From: Bacillus subtilis subsp. subtilis str. 168
Lineage (GTDB): Bacteria; Bacillota; Bacilli; Bacillales; Bacillaceae
DNA length: 64,000 nt
NCBI RefSeq assembly: GCF_000009045.1
Contig: NC_000964.3
Span: 2,418,001 to 2,482,000, forward strand
Direction of reading: 5' to 3'
The notes under the pieces were generated by a model. That model was not told the DNA's origin, made no database searches, and was given only the letters and a program-made list of their open reading frames with translations. A program made the translations under genes and the position numbers. The number at the start of each line of letters is the position of its first letter. Positions within the stretch are counted from its first letter, which is position 1. Below are positions 33,463-43,872 of this stretch, in pieces.

Positions 33463-34782
33463 TTATTTCACTGCTGTAAGAGCTGCATGCTCGACAGCTG
33501 CTGCTACCGCATGATGGACTTTTGAATCAAGCGGCTGAGGGACAACATCACCTTGTTTAGTGCAAGCTGCGATGGCCTCTGCTGCTGCGACAAGCATATC
33601 ATGATTAATCTCCGTGCTTTTTGCGTTAAGCGCTCCTCTAAAAATCCCTGGAAAACCGAGTACATTATTAACAGAACGCCCGTCAGCTGCATATGCGGCG
33701 CCAGCCTGCAGTGCGGCCTCCGGCTCAATTTCCGGCTTCGGATTCGATAAAGCCAGAATCACTTGACCAGAACGTACAAATGCCGGTTTTATTAAACCCG
33801 GAACGCCCGTTGTAGCAATGACAATATCACATGTTTCCATAAGCTCCTCAATACTGGAAACTGCCTGTCCGCCGTATTGTTCGAGACGGTTCATTGCTGA
33901 CTCTGATTTGTCTGTTCCGTATACAGCATTCACACCATAAGCCATGAACATCCGGCAGATGGCCACGCCTGCTGCGCCAAGGCCGATTTGCCCCACTTTC
34001 GCTTCCTTCAGGTCAACCCCCGCACTCCTGCATGCCGAAATGGCAGCTGCCAGCGTCACTACAGCTGTACCATGCTGGTCATCGTGCATAACAGGGATGT
34101 TCAGCTCCTCTTTTAGGCGATCCTCGATTTCAAAACAATGCGGCGAACCGATATCCTCAAGAAGGATGCCGCTAAAGCCCGGAGAAATATGTTTTACTGT
34201 TTTGATGATTTCTTCAGGATCACTCGTATCAAGCAGTATCGGAATGCCGCTAATACCCGCCAGCTGATCAAATAAAGCAGCCTTTCCTTCCATGACAGGC
34301 ATGCCAGCCACAGAGCCGATATTCCCAAGGCCTAAAATTGCGGTTCCATCCGTTACAATTGCAACAGAATTGCTGATCGTTGTATAAATAGAAGCTTTTT
34401 CAGGTTCTTTTTCGATCAGTCGGCACACGTCCGCAACACCTGGTGTGTAGACACGTCCCAGCTCTGCCAGTGAACGGATCGGCATTTTGCTTTTCATTTG
34501 GATTTTTCCGCCTTCATGTGCGGACAGGACTTCATCAGATACGGTGTGAAGCCTGATCCCTTCTCCGAGGGCCTGTACAGCCGCGATCACTTCCTGAAGC
34601 TGTTCTTCATTCTCCACTTGAACGGTAATATTCCGCATTGTGTAATTGGGTCCGACTTTTACCGTCTCCACTTCACCAATATCCCCGCCCAGAAGGCCGA
34701 TGGCCGTAGCCACCCTTCCAAGATTTCCGGGAACCGAAGGCGTTTCGATCATCAGTGTCCGAATCATGTGTTTCGCTATCAT
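33463..34782 (-). CDS. mleA: NAD-dependent malic enzyme with N-terminal ACT domain
   Basis: VYTPGV, TDGTAILGLG, HDDQHGTA and ALSNP motifs. Confidence 0.94.
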   Translation of the reverse strand: MIAKHMIRTLMIETPSVPGNLGRVATAIGLLGGDIGEVETVKVGPNYTMRNITVQVENEEQLQEVIAAVQALGEGIRLHTVSDEVLSAHEGGKIQMKSKMPIRSLAELGRVYTPGVADVCRLIEKEPEKASIYTTISNSVAIVTDGTAILGLGNIGSVAGMPVMEGKAALFDQLAGISGIPILLDTSDPEEIIKTVKHISPGFSGILLEDIGSPHCFEIEDRLKEELNIPVMHDDQHGTAVVTLAAAISACRSAGVDLKEAKVGQIGLGAAGVAICRMFMAYGVNAVYGTDKSESAMNRLEQYGGQAVSSIEELMETCDIVIATTGVPGLIKPAFVRSGQVILALSNPKPEIEPEAALQAGAAYAADGRSVNNVLGFPGIFRGALNAKSTEINHDMLVAAAEAIAACTKQGDVVPQPLDSKVHHAVAAAVEHAALTAVK

Positions 34783-34799
34783 TCAGTGATCCTCCCCTA

Positions 34800-36206
34800 T
34801 TAGCCTAGTTTTTCGGCTTTAACTGTATTGTTTTTCGTATACCATATAAATTTTCCTGTATAACCATAGATAATTGCAAGACCTATTGCTACAAAACTGA
34901 GCCACATAAACGGCAGATAAGAGAAGGTAGAAACACCTAAAATACCAGCCATGTAAATCCCATTATCAGACCAAGGAACCATCCCCGAAGTCAATGTTCC
35001 CCCGACCTCTGAGTTACGTGATAACACTCTTCTGTCCAGATGTAAGCGATCATAGCTGTCTTCCATAATTTTCGGAGTCAAAATAAGAGATACATACATC
35101 GCACAGCCGAAGATGTTTGCTAAAAACGCTACGATCAGTGTAGACAATGTGACATTGCCGGCTGAAGTTAATTTCTTTTCAAACGTTGAAACAATGACTT
35201 TTAACACGCCGAGTTTCTCAAGCAGACCGCCAAAACCAAGGCCAAAGATGATGACGACGAGAGAATCAAGCATACCGACAATTCCACCGCGGTTTAACAA
35301 GCCGTTCAAAAATTCAACATCCGTTTTAATAGAGAAGCCGTTGTACGCAGTTGCAATCGCATGGGCAATATCCATTCCTTGGAAAACAACAGCCCAGATT
35401 GCACCGAGTAAAGCGCCAATTACGATAACTGGCATAGATGGCTTTTTCATCGCCAATAAGACTATGACGAGAACTGCCGGGATCAGCATCCAAATATGAA
35501 TGTCAAACGTGTTTTGCAAAGATGATTTTAAGAATTCAACTTTATCAAGATCAATATTTTTCCCGCCGTACATAAATCCAACAACTGTAAAGAGTATAGC
35601 TGTAATGACATAAGCAGGTATTGATAAATAAAGCATTGCTCTCACGTGAGCCAATACATCGACTTTTGATAGTGAAGAAGCTAGAACTGTACTGTCAGAC
35701 AGCGGAGACAGCTTGTCCCCAAAATAAGCACCTGAAAGAATAGCTCCCGCTACTAGAGGAAGCGGAATGCCTAACCCCTCTCCAATTGCGATCATGGCAA
35801 TGCCGGCAGTTCCGACTGTTCCCCATGACGTTCCTGTTGCCACAGACATAATGGAACAAATAATTAACGTTGCCAGTAAAAAGATACTTGGGTGAATAAA
35901 TTCCAGTCCGTAATAAATCAAAGTCGGCACAACGCCTCCGGCAATCCATGTTCCGATGAGCGCCCCAACTGAAACGAGAATCAGTACGGCTTCAAGGCCA
36001 TTTGATATCCCATGTACAATCGCATTTTGTAAATCTTTATAAGAATAACCGAGTCTAATACCTAAAAGCATTGCAATAAACCATGAAACAAAAAGCGCCA
36101 GCTGTATCGGCAAGTCGAGAAAGACTGTAAACGATAGAACAAGTGCTAAAAATACTCCTAGTACAATAATAATTTCAAATAGTGTTGGCAATCTTACATC
36201 CTTCAA
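34800..36206 (-). CDS. mleN: Malate/Na-lactate antiporter (NhaC family)
   Basis: GTSWGT and FGDKLSPLSD NhaC motifs. Confidence 0.94.
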   Translation of the reverse strand: MKDVRLPTLFEIIIVLGVFLALVLSFTVFLDLPIQLALFVSWFIAMLLGIRLGYSYKDLQNAIVHGISNGLEAVLILVSVGALIGTWIAGGVVPTLIYYGLEFIHPSIFLLATLIICSIMSVATGTSWGTVGTAGIAMIAIGEGLGIPLPLVAGAILSGAYFGDKLSPLSDSTVLASSLSKVDVLAHVRAMLYLSIPAYVITAILFTVVGFMYGGKNIDLDKVEFLKSSLQNTFDIHIWMLIPAVLVIVLLAMKKPSMPVIVIGALLGAIWAVVFQGMDIAHAIATAYNGFSIKTDVEFLNGLLNRGGIVGMLDSLVVIIFGLGFGGLLEKLGVLKVIVSTFEKKLTSAGNVTLSTLIVAFLANIFGCAMYVSLILTPKIMEDSYDRLHLDRRVLSRNSEVGGTLTSGMVPWSDNGIYMAGILGVSTFSYLPFMWLSFVAIGLAIIYGYTGKFIWYTKNNTVKAEKLG

Positions 36207-36230
36207 AAGAAGTCCCCCTTCATGTAAAAG

Positions 36231-36244
36231 CTAAAACGCTTTCA
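36231..36244 (-). promoter_or_regulatory. cre (CcpA) site upstream of mleN
   Basis: TGAAAGCGTTTTAG. Confidence 0.6.
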
Positions 36245-36291
36245 ATATATAGTGCAACACGTATACTATACTTCCTCATCCCTATGTTGTA

Positions 36292-36337
36292 AACAGCTTA
36301 TTCATCCGACTATTCGGAGATGAATAAGCTGTATTTT
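36292..36337. terminator. Terminator after ansB
   Basis: ACAGCTTATTCATC/GATGAATAAGCTGT stem. Confidence 0.7.
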
Positions 36338-36346
36338 ATACAAATT

Positions 36347-37774
36347 TTATTTTTCTAATAGTTCTTTCCCTGCGATACCTGGTTTGGTCATCTCATATGG
36401 GTTTAAAATAATATCCAATTCTTCTTCAGTCAGCACATCATGCTGCAGACAAAGATCCCGGACAGATTGCCCTGTCATAATTGCTTCCCTGGCAATTCTA
36501 GCTGCCGCTTCATACCCAAGATGCGGATTGACAGCTGTGATCACGCCTGCGCTTTTTTCTACGTATTGCTTCATACGCTTTTCGTTGGCTTCAATGCCTT
36601 TTAAGCAGTTGTCAGTGAACGAACGGAAGCCGTTGTTCATGATGCTGATGGATTGAAGCAAATTAAAGACAAGCACGGGCTCCATGACGTTCAACTCAAG
36701 CTGGCCGGCTTCTGAAGCAAGGCAGATTGTATTGTCATTTCCGATAACCTGGAACGCAATTTGGTTGATCAGCTCCGCCATAACCGGATTGACTTTCCCC
36801 GGCATAATAGATGAACCCGGCTGACGTGCAGGCAGAGAAATTTCCGCAAGTCCGGCGCGCGGTCCCGACGCCATTAAGCGCAGGTCGTTTGCGATCTTCG
36901 ACATGTTCATCATGCAGACTTTTAATGAAGCTGATACCTCTGTATAGGCATCTGTATTTTGTGTCGCATCAACAAGATGATCAGCGCCGACAAGAGGAAG
37001 CCCGCTAATATCAGCAAGGTGCTTTACTACCTGTTTGATATATTCAGGATCAGCGTTCAGCCCTGTACCAACAGCAGTTGCGCCCATGTTGACTTCATAC
37101 AGGTGCTGGCGCGATTGCTTGATTCGTTTGATATCACGCTCGAGAACACGGCTGTAAGCTTCGAATTCCTGGCCAAGACGGATCGGAACCGCATCTTGAA
37201 GGTGTGTCCGGCCCATTTTAATAACAGAGTCAAACTCCTGTGCTTTTTGCTTAAACACACTATGCATATCTTCCATTGTTTTCAGCAGTTTTTCTAAGAG
37301 CTTCAATGTGGAAATATGGATAGCAGTCGGGAACACATCGTTCGTAGACTGTGACATGTTCACATGTGTGTTTGGACTTAAATGGATATAATCTCCCTTT
37401 TTATGTCCCATGATTTCAAGCGCCCGGTTTCCGATAACCTCATTCGCGTTCATGTTCATAGAAGTTCCGGCACCGCCCTGAATCGGATCGACGATAAACT
37501 GATCGTGCCACTTGCCTTCCAGAATCTCGTCAGCGGCTTGTACGATAGCTTGGCCAATTCCTTCATACAGCCGTTTCACGTCCATGTTGGCAAGAGCCGC
37601 AGCTTTTTTCACAATCGCCAGTGCGTTAATCATTTCCTCATGGATTTTGTATCCTGTGATCGGAAAATTTTCAGAAGCACGGAGCGTCTGAATTCCGTAA
37701 TAAACATCTGCTTCAATTTGTTTTTCCCCAAGGAAGTCTTTTTCCACGCGATATTCTTTTTGGCCGTTTAACAT
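36347..37774 (-). CDS. ansB: Aspartate ammonia-lyase
   Basis: GSSIMPGKVNP signature. Confidence 0.97.
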   Translation of the reverse strand: MLNGQKEYRVEKDFLGEKQIEADVYYGIQTLRASENFPITGYKIHEEMINALAIVKKAAALANMDVKRLYEGIGQAIVQAADEILEGKWHDQFIVDPIQGGAGTSMNMNANEVIGNRALEIMGHKKGDYIHLSPNTHVNMSQSTNDVFPTAIHISTLKLLEKLLKTMEDMHSVFKQKAQEFDSVIKMGRTHLQDAVPIRLGQEFEAYSRVLERDIKRIKQSRQHLYEVNMGATAVGTGLNADPEYIKQVVKHLADISGLPLVGADHLVDATQNTDAYTEVSASLKVCMMNMSKIANDLRLMASGPRAGLAEISLPARQPGSSIMPGKVNPVMAELINQIAFQVIGNDNTICLASEAGQLELNVMEPVLVFNLLQSISIMNNGFRSFTDNCLKGIEANEKRMKQYVEKSAGVITAVNPHLGYEAAARIAREAIMTGQSVRDLCLQHDVLTEEELDIILNPYEMTKPGIAGKELLEK

Positions 37775-37818
37775 AATCTTTAACCTTCTTTCTCTTTGCT
37801 GGTTATCGTTTTTACATT

Positions 37819-38808
37819 TTACAGGACAACGTCATCAGCTATCGGCGTTTCCATAATTCTCTTGACGACAGGAAGATCCGAAGACTGACCTAGCGCCCAC
37901 ATCAATTTTGGCACAATTGCTTCTGTGTTCATATTTCTTGATCGGATAATTAAGTCTTGGTTGACTCTGCGGCCAACCTCGTAAATGCTCATGTCTTCGC
38001 CTTCTTCAAGACATTGAGTCGTAATGACGACGACAATGCCGCTTTCGATCAGTTCATTCACTTTTGACAAAATGTCTCTGCCTTCAAACGGCACTCCTCC
38101 GCTGCCATAACTCTCAATGACAATTCCTTTGTACATGCTTTTCAGGGCATCAAACATTTCGGGCTTTAAGCCTGGATGCAGCTTCAGCAGACATACATCT
38201 GTGCATAGTGAAGTGTCAACTGTGAAGGTGTCGTTCTCAGGTTCCGTTACTTGTTTGTTGTATTCGATCCCGTCTTCATTGATAAAAGCGATATATGGGT
38301 AATTGATGCTTTCAAATGCGTCGTAGCTTTTCGTTCTTAATTTGATCGCACGCGTTCCCTGAATGACTCTGCCGTCAAACACAACATAAACGCCGCCCAC
38401 GCCTTCACAGGCAAATCGAATGGCATCTGTAATATTTTTTTTGGCATCGGTTTTTTGGAACGTGATCGGAATCTGCGAGCCGGTGATGACAATCGGCTTT
38501 TTGGCATGCTGCAGCATATACGATAGTGCGGCAGATGTATAGGCCATTGTATCTGTACCGTGAGTAATAACAAACCCGTCATAGGCATCATAATTTTCCT
38601 TAACGGCTTCTGCTATTTCCACCCAGTATTCAGGCTGCATATTGGTGCTGTCTATATTCATAAGCGACTGAGTTTCCATTGTGTAATCGTTATCAAGTTT
38701 TGATACGTAACTTAATAATTCATCAGCCTTGACTCCGGGAGCCAGCCCATTTTCCCCTTCAACTGAAGCAATCGTTCCCCCAGTTGTCAACATCAATAAT
38801 TTTTTCAT
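37819..38808 (-). CDS. ansA: L-asparaginase (type I)
   Basis: TTGGTIAS and HGTDTM motifs. Confidence 0.97.
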
Positions 38809-38880
38809 ACCATGCACCTCTTCACTGTATCTAAAGATGGGTTGCGAGAAGGTATTCGCTTTTCGCATACTTTTAATGCA

Positions 38881-38909
38881 ATTATAGACACGGAAAATAA
38901 AATACGCAA
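38881..38909 (-). promoter_or_regulatory. Sigma-A promoter of ansAB
   Basis: TTGCGT-N17-TATAAT. Confidence 0.75.
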
Positions 38910-38989
38910 GACATTATTATTCAATTCGCGTACACTTCCTAATACCTATATGATATAATCAGCTCAAGGTGAAAAAGGAGCGGAAGTTC

Positions 38990-39340
38990 ATGAATCTAGA
39001 TCGTTTAACTGAATTGAGAAAAAAGAAAAATTGGTCGCTTCAATATACAGCTGACCTTCTCGGTATCGCAAAAAGCACATATGCCGGCTACGAGTCAGGC
39101 TACCGACGGCCTTCACTTGAAGCGCTTGCCATGCTGGCTGACCTCTTTGACACAACCTGCGATGAACTTTTAGGCCGCGAGAAACAAAAGCAGACTGCTC
39201 CTCAGGCCATAGAATTGGCCACGTGGAGCAGCCTCGACTTTACCATTTCTGTTGATGGCCAGCCGCTGAGTGAAGATGAAATCATCCAGCTGATTACCTT
39301 TATACGCACAAAAAGAAAAGTACAGGAGGAACTGAGTTAA
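38990..39340 (+). CDS. ansR: XRE-family repressor of ansAB
   Basis: HTH (IAKSTYAGYESG..RPS), divergent from ansA. Confidence 0.93.
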   Translation: MNLDRLTELRKKKNWSLQYTADLLGIAKSTYAGYESGYRRPSLEALAMLADLFDTTCDELLGREKQKQTAPQAIELATWSSLDFTISVDGQPLSEDEIIQLITFIRTKRKVQEELS

Positions 39341-39348
39341 TCTTTAGC

Positions 39349-40512
39349 TCACGGTTTAATTTTACCGTAGGTTCCTCCTCCTCCGGCTTTCAATTCCAGT
39401 TTTCCGGATCTCGCTTTTACGATAAGCGCCGCGGTTTTCGGCGGGACAACGCGAGCCAAATCTTCTTCTGCAGCCTCATGAAGAACAGCCATTTCTGTTC
39501 CGAAGGCTTTTTTTAGTTTGTCCAGCGTTTTCGGGCCTACACCCGGAACAAATTGCAGCGGGATCTGATGTACATATCGCGGACGCGGGACGCGAACTTC
39601 AAGCTGATCACTCAATTCACGCAATCTATCGCTGACTCCCTTGGTAAATCTGGCTTTTCCGCAATTCGCGCACGCTGTTTCCCCGCTTACAGCAGGCTCT
39701 CCGCACGCTTCGCAAGCCGTCTGATAATATTTCCCCAATAACGGGTCCAAGCCATAATTTGCGATAATTTTCCTGTCATCTTGTCCCTTTAATGCAAGAG
39801 CAAATTCAGTAAAATCAGCTGACTGCACATATAATTCATTATATTCTCTGCCGATTTTCCCCAACGAATGCGCATCAGAATTTGTTAAAAAAGGATACGG
39901 ATTCAATTGCGATACGTGTGATGCCATGTCTGTATCACAGCTTAATCCAAGCTCCACCGCGTCTATCATAGATGGATCAAAAACCTCAGTTAAGCTTGAT
40001 TTAACCCCTTTTCCATATAAGCTTTTATGCGGCGTAAAGATATGGGCGGGGATAAACAGGCCGCCCATATCCTGCACTTTTTTTTGCAGGTTTAAGCCCG
40101 TTTCATAAATCCGCTGCGAGCTTAAATGAATATTTTTCAGCCGGGCTGACAGCCAGTTTGAAAACTGTTTCATATCAGCCAGCGTCGGCATAAATACGAG
40201 CACATGGATCGGTCCGCTGCAGGCTTCATCATAAATCTCCAGCTCGCTCCCCAATAAAAGAGTCGTGCTGCGATAACGGATTCCTCCCCCGTCAAGCTCG
40301 CGATATTTTCCAGATGAAATGCCTTCCTCAAGCTCTAGAATGACTTCCGGAGAATGACAGTCGATAATGCCGAGGAGTTCAATTCCTTTATGTTCACTGG
40401 CTTCAACCAAAATTCTGTCCAGCGTTAATGTTTTGGCGCCTGTTATTTTGACAGCCCTTCCTGTAAAGGTCCGGCCGATATGAATGTGCAAATCCGCGTA
40501 AATCTTTTTCAT
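39349..40512 (-). CDS. yqxK: PHP-domain endonuclease Q-like protein YqxK
   Basis: ADLHIH, NSDAH, LGKYYQTACEAC...CANC zinc ribbon, C-terminal HhH GVGPKT. Confidence 0.85.
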   Translation of the reverse strand: MKKIYADLHIHIGRTFTGRAVKITGAKTLTLDRILVEASEHKGIELLGIIDCHSPEVILELEEGISSGKYRELDGGGIRYRSTTLLLGSELEIYDEACSGPIHVLVFMPTLADMKQFSNWLSARLKNIHLSSQRIYETGLNLQKKVQDMGGLFIPAHIFTPHKSLYGKGVKSSLTEVFDPSMIDAVELGLSCDTDMASHVSQLNPYPFLTNSDAHSLGKIGREYNELYVQSADFTEFALALKGQDDRKIIANYGLDPLLGKYYQTACEACGEPAVSGETACANCGKARFTKGVSDRLRELSDQLEVRVPRPRYVHQIPLQFVPGVGPKTLDKLKKAFGTEMAVLHEAAEEDLARVVPPKTAALIVKARSGKLELKAGGGGTYGKIKP

Positions 40513-41066
40513 TTTTGTGCTTGGAGCGCTTCTTTCAGCTGAAGATACTGAATCGCGTAGGCTGTTTTAGCATCATATACTTCACGCGATTCAACCAGCT
40601 TTAGCGCATCTTCAAGCGTCACCTCCATCACTTCAACAAACTCGTCCTCATCAAGCTCCCGTTTTTCTTCAAGCACAGAAAGCTCCTCAGCAAGAAAAAC
40701 GTGAACGATTTCATCTGCAAATCCGGGTGATGTATAAAACGCAGTTATTTTTGTCAGTTTTTTTGCTGTATAACCGGTTTCCTCTTCAAGTTCCCGAAGT
40801 GCCGTATACTCCGGCTCCTCACCTTTTTCAAGCTTACCGGCCGGAATTTCAACGATCGTCCGCTCAAGCGGCTTACGGAATTGTTTGACCATGATGATTT
40901 TCCCTTCATCTGTGACGGCTAGTACCGCTACAGCTCCAGGGTGTTTCACAATTTCACGTTTACTGGCTTTGCCGTTTGGCAGCTCTACATCCTCGACATA
41001 AAGATCAATGACTTTACCCGAAAAAATCTGTTCTTTGGCAATTGTTTTTTCTTCTAATGATTTCAT
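40509..41066 (-). CDS. nudF: ADP-ribose pyrophosphatase (Nudix)
   Basis: GKLEKGEEPEYTALRELEEETG Nudix box. Confidence 0.95.
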   Translation of the reverse strand: MKSLEEKTIAKEQIFSGKVIDLYVEDVELPNGKASKREIVKHPGAVAVLAVTDEGKIIMVKQFRKPLERTIVEIPAGKLEKGEEPEYTALRELEEETGYTAKKLTKITAFYTSPGFADEIVHVFLAEELSVLEEKRELDEDEFVEVMEVTLEDALKLVESREVYDAKTAYAIQYLQLKEALQAQK

Positions 41067-41140
41067 TTCTTCATCTCCCGTTCTGTCTCTATATGATGCC
41101 CCATACATTTTATCATACTAGAGCAAAAGGGGGCTTCTTC

Positions 41141-41263
41141 GTGAAAGTGCACCGCATGCCAAAAGGTGTTGTCTTAGTCGGAAAAGCATGGGAAATTCGA
41201 GCGAAGTTAAAAGAGTATGGACGCACATTTCAATATGTGAAAGATTGGATCTCAAAGCCATAA
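41141..41263 (+). CDS. mciZ: Mother-cell inhibitor of FtsZ (40 aa)
   Basis: GTG start after AAAAGGGGG; MKVHRMPKGVVLVGKAWEIRAKLKEYGRTFQYVKDWISKP. Confidence 0.92.
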   Translation: MKVHRMPKGVVLVGKAWEIRAKLKEYGRTFQYVKDWISKP

Positions 41264-41325
41264 AAGTTGAAACTTTAGCTCCTTTATATTACGGTCAATA
41301 CAAAGCCTAAAAAAGGAGTGTGCAC

Positions 41326-42246
41326 ATGAGAAAGCGCAAATTGGGTACATCTGATTTAGACATTAGCGAAGTCGGACTCGGCTGTATGTCTCTTGGAACT
41401 GAAAAAAACAAAGCATTGTCCATTCTGGATGAAGCGATCGAGCTTGGCATCAACTATTTGGACACAGCGGATTTGTATGACCGGGGACGCAATGAAGAAA
41501 TTGTCGGTGATGCGATCCAAAACAGACGCCATGATATTATTCTGGCAACAAAAGCGGGAAACCGTTGGGATGACGGAAGCGAGGGCTGGTATTGGGACCC
41601 TTCAAAAGCTTACATAAAAGAGGCGGTAAAAAAGAGCCTTACACGTCTGAAAACAGATTATATCGACCTTTATCAGCTCCACGGCGGCACGATAGAGGAC
41701 AACATTGATGAAACGATTGAAGCGTTTGAGGAATTAAAACAAGAAGGTGTCATCCGCTACTACGGCATTTCTTCCATCCGCCCGAATGTGATTAAAGAAT
41801 ATGTAAAAAAATCAAACATCGTCAGCATTATGATGCAATTCAGCCTGTTTGACAGACGCCCTGAGGAATGGCTCCCGCTTTTAGAGGAACATCAAATCAG
41901 CGTAGTCGCCAGAGGTCCTGTTGCCAAAGGGCTCTTAACTGAAAAACCGCTTGATCAAGCTTCAGAAAGTATGAAACAAAACGGGTACTTGTCCTATTCA
42001 TTCGAGGAACTGACAAATGCCCGTAAGGCAATGGAGGAAGTGGCTCCCGATCTTTCCATGACAGAAAAGTCGCTGCAGTATCTGCTAGCACAGCCGGCTG
42101 TCGCTTCAGTGATTACAGGCGCCAGTAAGATTGAGCAGTTACGGGAAAATATTCAGGCAGCAAATGCACGGCGTTTAACCGAAGAGGAAATCAAAGCGCT
42201 CCAATCTCATACGAAACAAGACATTTACAAAGCTCATCGCTCATAG
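41326..42246 (+). CDS. yqkF: Aldo/keto reductase
   Basis: GLGCMSLG, DTADLY and DYIDLYQLH motifs. Confidence 0.92.
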   Translation: MRKRKLGTSDLDISEVGLGCMSLGTEKNKALSILDEAIELGINYLDTADLYDRGRNEEIVGDAIQNRRHDIILATKAGNRWDDGSEGWYWDPSKAYIKEAVKKSLTRLKTDYIDLYQLHGGTIEDNIDETIEAFEELKQEGVIRYYGISSIRPNVIKEYVKKSNIVSIMMQFSLFDRRPEEWLPLLEEHQISVVARGPVAKGLLTEKPLDQASESMKQNGYLSYSFEELTNARKAMEEVAPDLSMTEKSLQYLLAQPAVASVITGASKIEQLRENIQAANARRLTEEEIKALQSHTKQDIYKAHRS

Positions 42247-42249
42247 CAG

Positions 42250-42279
42250 AAAAACCAGCACCTGTACGGGTGCTGGTTT
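42250..42279. terminator. Bidirectional terminator yqkF/yqkE
   Basis: AAACCAGCACC/GGTGCTGGTTT stem. Confidence 0.8.
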
Positions 42280-42502
42280 ATTTATATTGATGCCAATCCA
42301 TTTGGCTTTCATTTAGGAGTTCTTCAAAGCTCTTATTTTTTTCGATCTCTTTTTTCTTTCTAATCTGTTCTGCTTTTTCTCTTTTCTGCCTCTTTTCATC
42401 CTCTTCCTTCAATTGGCTCTTCATCTCCATAAGCTTTGCTTTGATATCGGATTGAAGGCCGTCTTTTAGCTGGTGTTTGTCAATGGATTTTTGTTTTTTC
42501 AT
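42278..42502 (-). CDS. yqkE: Small charged hypothetical protein YqkE
   Basis: 74 aa from MKKQKS; KNKSFEELLNES motif. Confidence 0.82.
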   Translation of the reverse strand: MKKQKSIDKHQLKDGLQSDIKAKLMEMKSQLKEEDEKRQKREKAEQIRKKKEIEKNKSFEELLNESQMDWHQYK

Positions 42503-42663
42503 GCAGACTTCCCCCATGTTTTGTTTTGAAGCCAGTTTATCACGGAGCATATAAACTGAACAAGCAGACTCTCTTCTGATCACTTTCTCAGCGTAGCAGT
42601 GTTTAGGTATAATGATCTTAAACACGAATTGCCTATATATTTCGTTGAAAGGTGCTGTGACTT

Positions 42664-43581
42664 TTGAAGAAAATCCTTTTGGCCATTGGCGCGCTCGTAA
42701 CAGCTGTCATCGCAATCGGAATTGTTTTTTCACATATGATTCTATTCATCAAGAAAAAAACGGATGAAGACATTATCAAAAGAGAGACAGACAACGGACA
42801 TGATGTGTTTGAATCATTTGAACAAATGGAGAAAACCGCTTTTGTGATACCCTCCGCTTACGGGTACGACATAAAAGGATACCATGTCGCACCGCATGAC
42901 ACACCAAATACCATCATCATCTGCCACGGGGTGACGATGAATGTACTGAATTCTCTTAAGTATATGCATTTATTTCTAGATCTCGGCTGGAATGTGCTCA
43001 TTTATGACCATCGCCGGCATGGCCAAAGCGGCGGAAAGACGACCAGCTACGGGTTTTACGAAAAGGATGATCTCAATAAGGTTGTCAGCTTGCTCAAAAA
43101 CAAAACAAATCATCGCGGATTGATCGGAATTCATGGTGAGTCGATGGGGGCCGTGACCGCCCTGCTTTATGCTGGTGCACACTGCAGCGATGGCGCTGAT
43201 TTTTATATTGCCGATTGTCCGTTCGCATGTTTTGATGAACAGCTTGCCTATCGGCTGAGAGCGGAATACAGGCTCCCGTCTTGGCCCCTGCTTCCTATCG
43301 CCGACTTCTTTTTGAAGCTGAGGGGAGGCTATCGCGCACGTGAAGTATCTCCGCTTGCTGTCATTGATAAAATTGAAAAGCCGGTCCTCTTTATTCACAG
43401 TAAGGATGATGACTACATTCCTGTTTCTTCAACCGAGCGGCTTTATGAAAAGAAACGCGGTCCGAAAGCGCTGTACATTGCCGAGAACGGTGAACACGCC
43501 ATGTCATATACCAAAAATCGGCATACGTACCGAAAAACAGTGCAGGAGTTTTTAGACAACATGAATGATTCAACAGAATAA
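42664..43581 (+). CDS. yqkD: Alpha/beta hydrolase YqkD
   Basis: GESMG nucleophile elbow; N-terminal membrane anchor. Confidence 0.9.
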   Translation: MKKILLAIGALVTAVIAIGIVFSHMILFIKKKTDEDIIKRETDNGHDVFESFEQMEKTAFVIPSAYGYDIKGYHVAPHDTPNTIIICHGVTMNVLNSLKYMHLFLDLGWNVLIYDHRRHGQSGGKTTSYGFYEKDDLNKVVSLLKNKTNHRGLIGIHGESMGAVTALLYAGAHCSDGADFYIADCPFACFDEQLAYRLRAEYRLPSWPLLPIADFFLKLRGGYRAREVSPLAVIDKIEKPVLFIHSKDDDYIPVSSTERLYEKKRGPKALYIAENGEHAMSYTKNRHTYRKTVQEFLDNMNDSTE

Positions 43582-43617
43582 AAAAGCGAAAGGCCTCTTC
43601 GGCTCTTTCGCTTTTTT
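43580..43617. terminator. Bidirectional terminator yqkD/yqkC
   Basis: AAAAAAGCGAAAG/CTTTCGCTTTTTT stem. Confidence 0.8.
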
Positions 43618-43620
43618 ATG

Positions 43621-43860
43621 TTACAGAACGTCGGTAATGCCATCCATATTTTCTCTGATCCATTCAATCGCAAGATCTATCGTTGTAAACTCCTGCGTCT
43701 CGAAGGTCATTTCATCCTGCAATAGCCAGACATCTTTCTTGATGGACTCTGCTCCTCCGATTGACCAGTGAAGCAAGGTATAAGGATGGTTTTGATTCAG
43801 GAAGGATACCCACGTTTTATTTTGTGCTGTGTTCTTCATTGCCTTCAGCTTTTGTTCCAC
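43621..43860 (-). CDS. yqkC: Hypothetical protein YqkC
   Basis: 79 aa, GTG start 12 nt after the yqkB stop. Confidence 0.82.
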
Positions 43861-43872
43861 GTTTCGCGTCTC

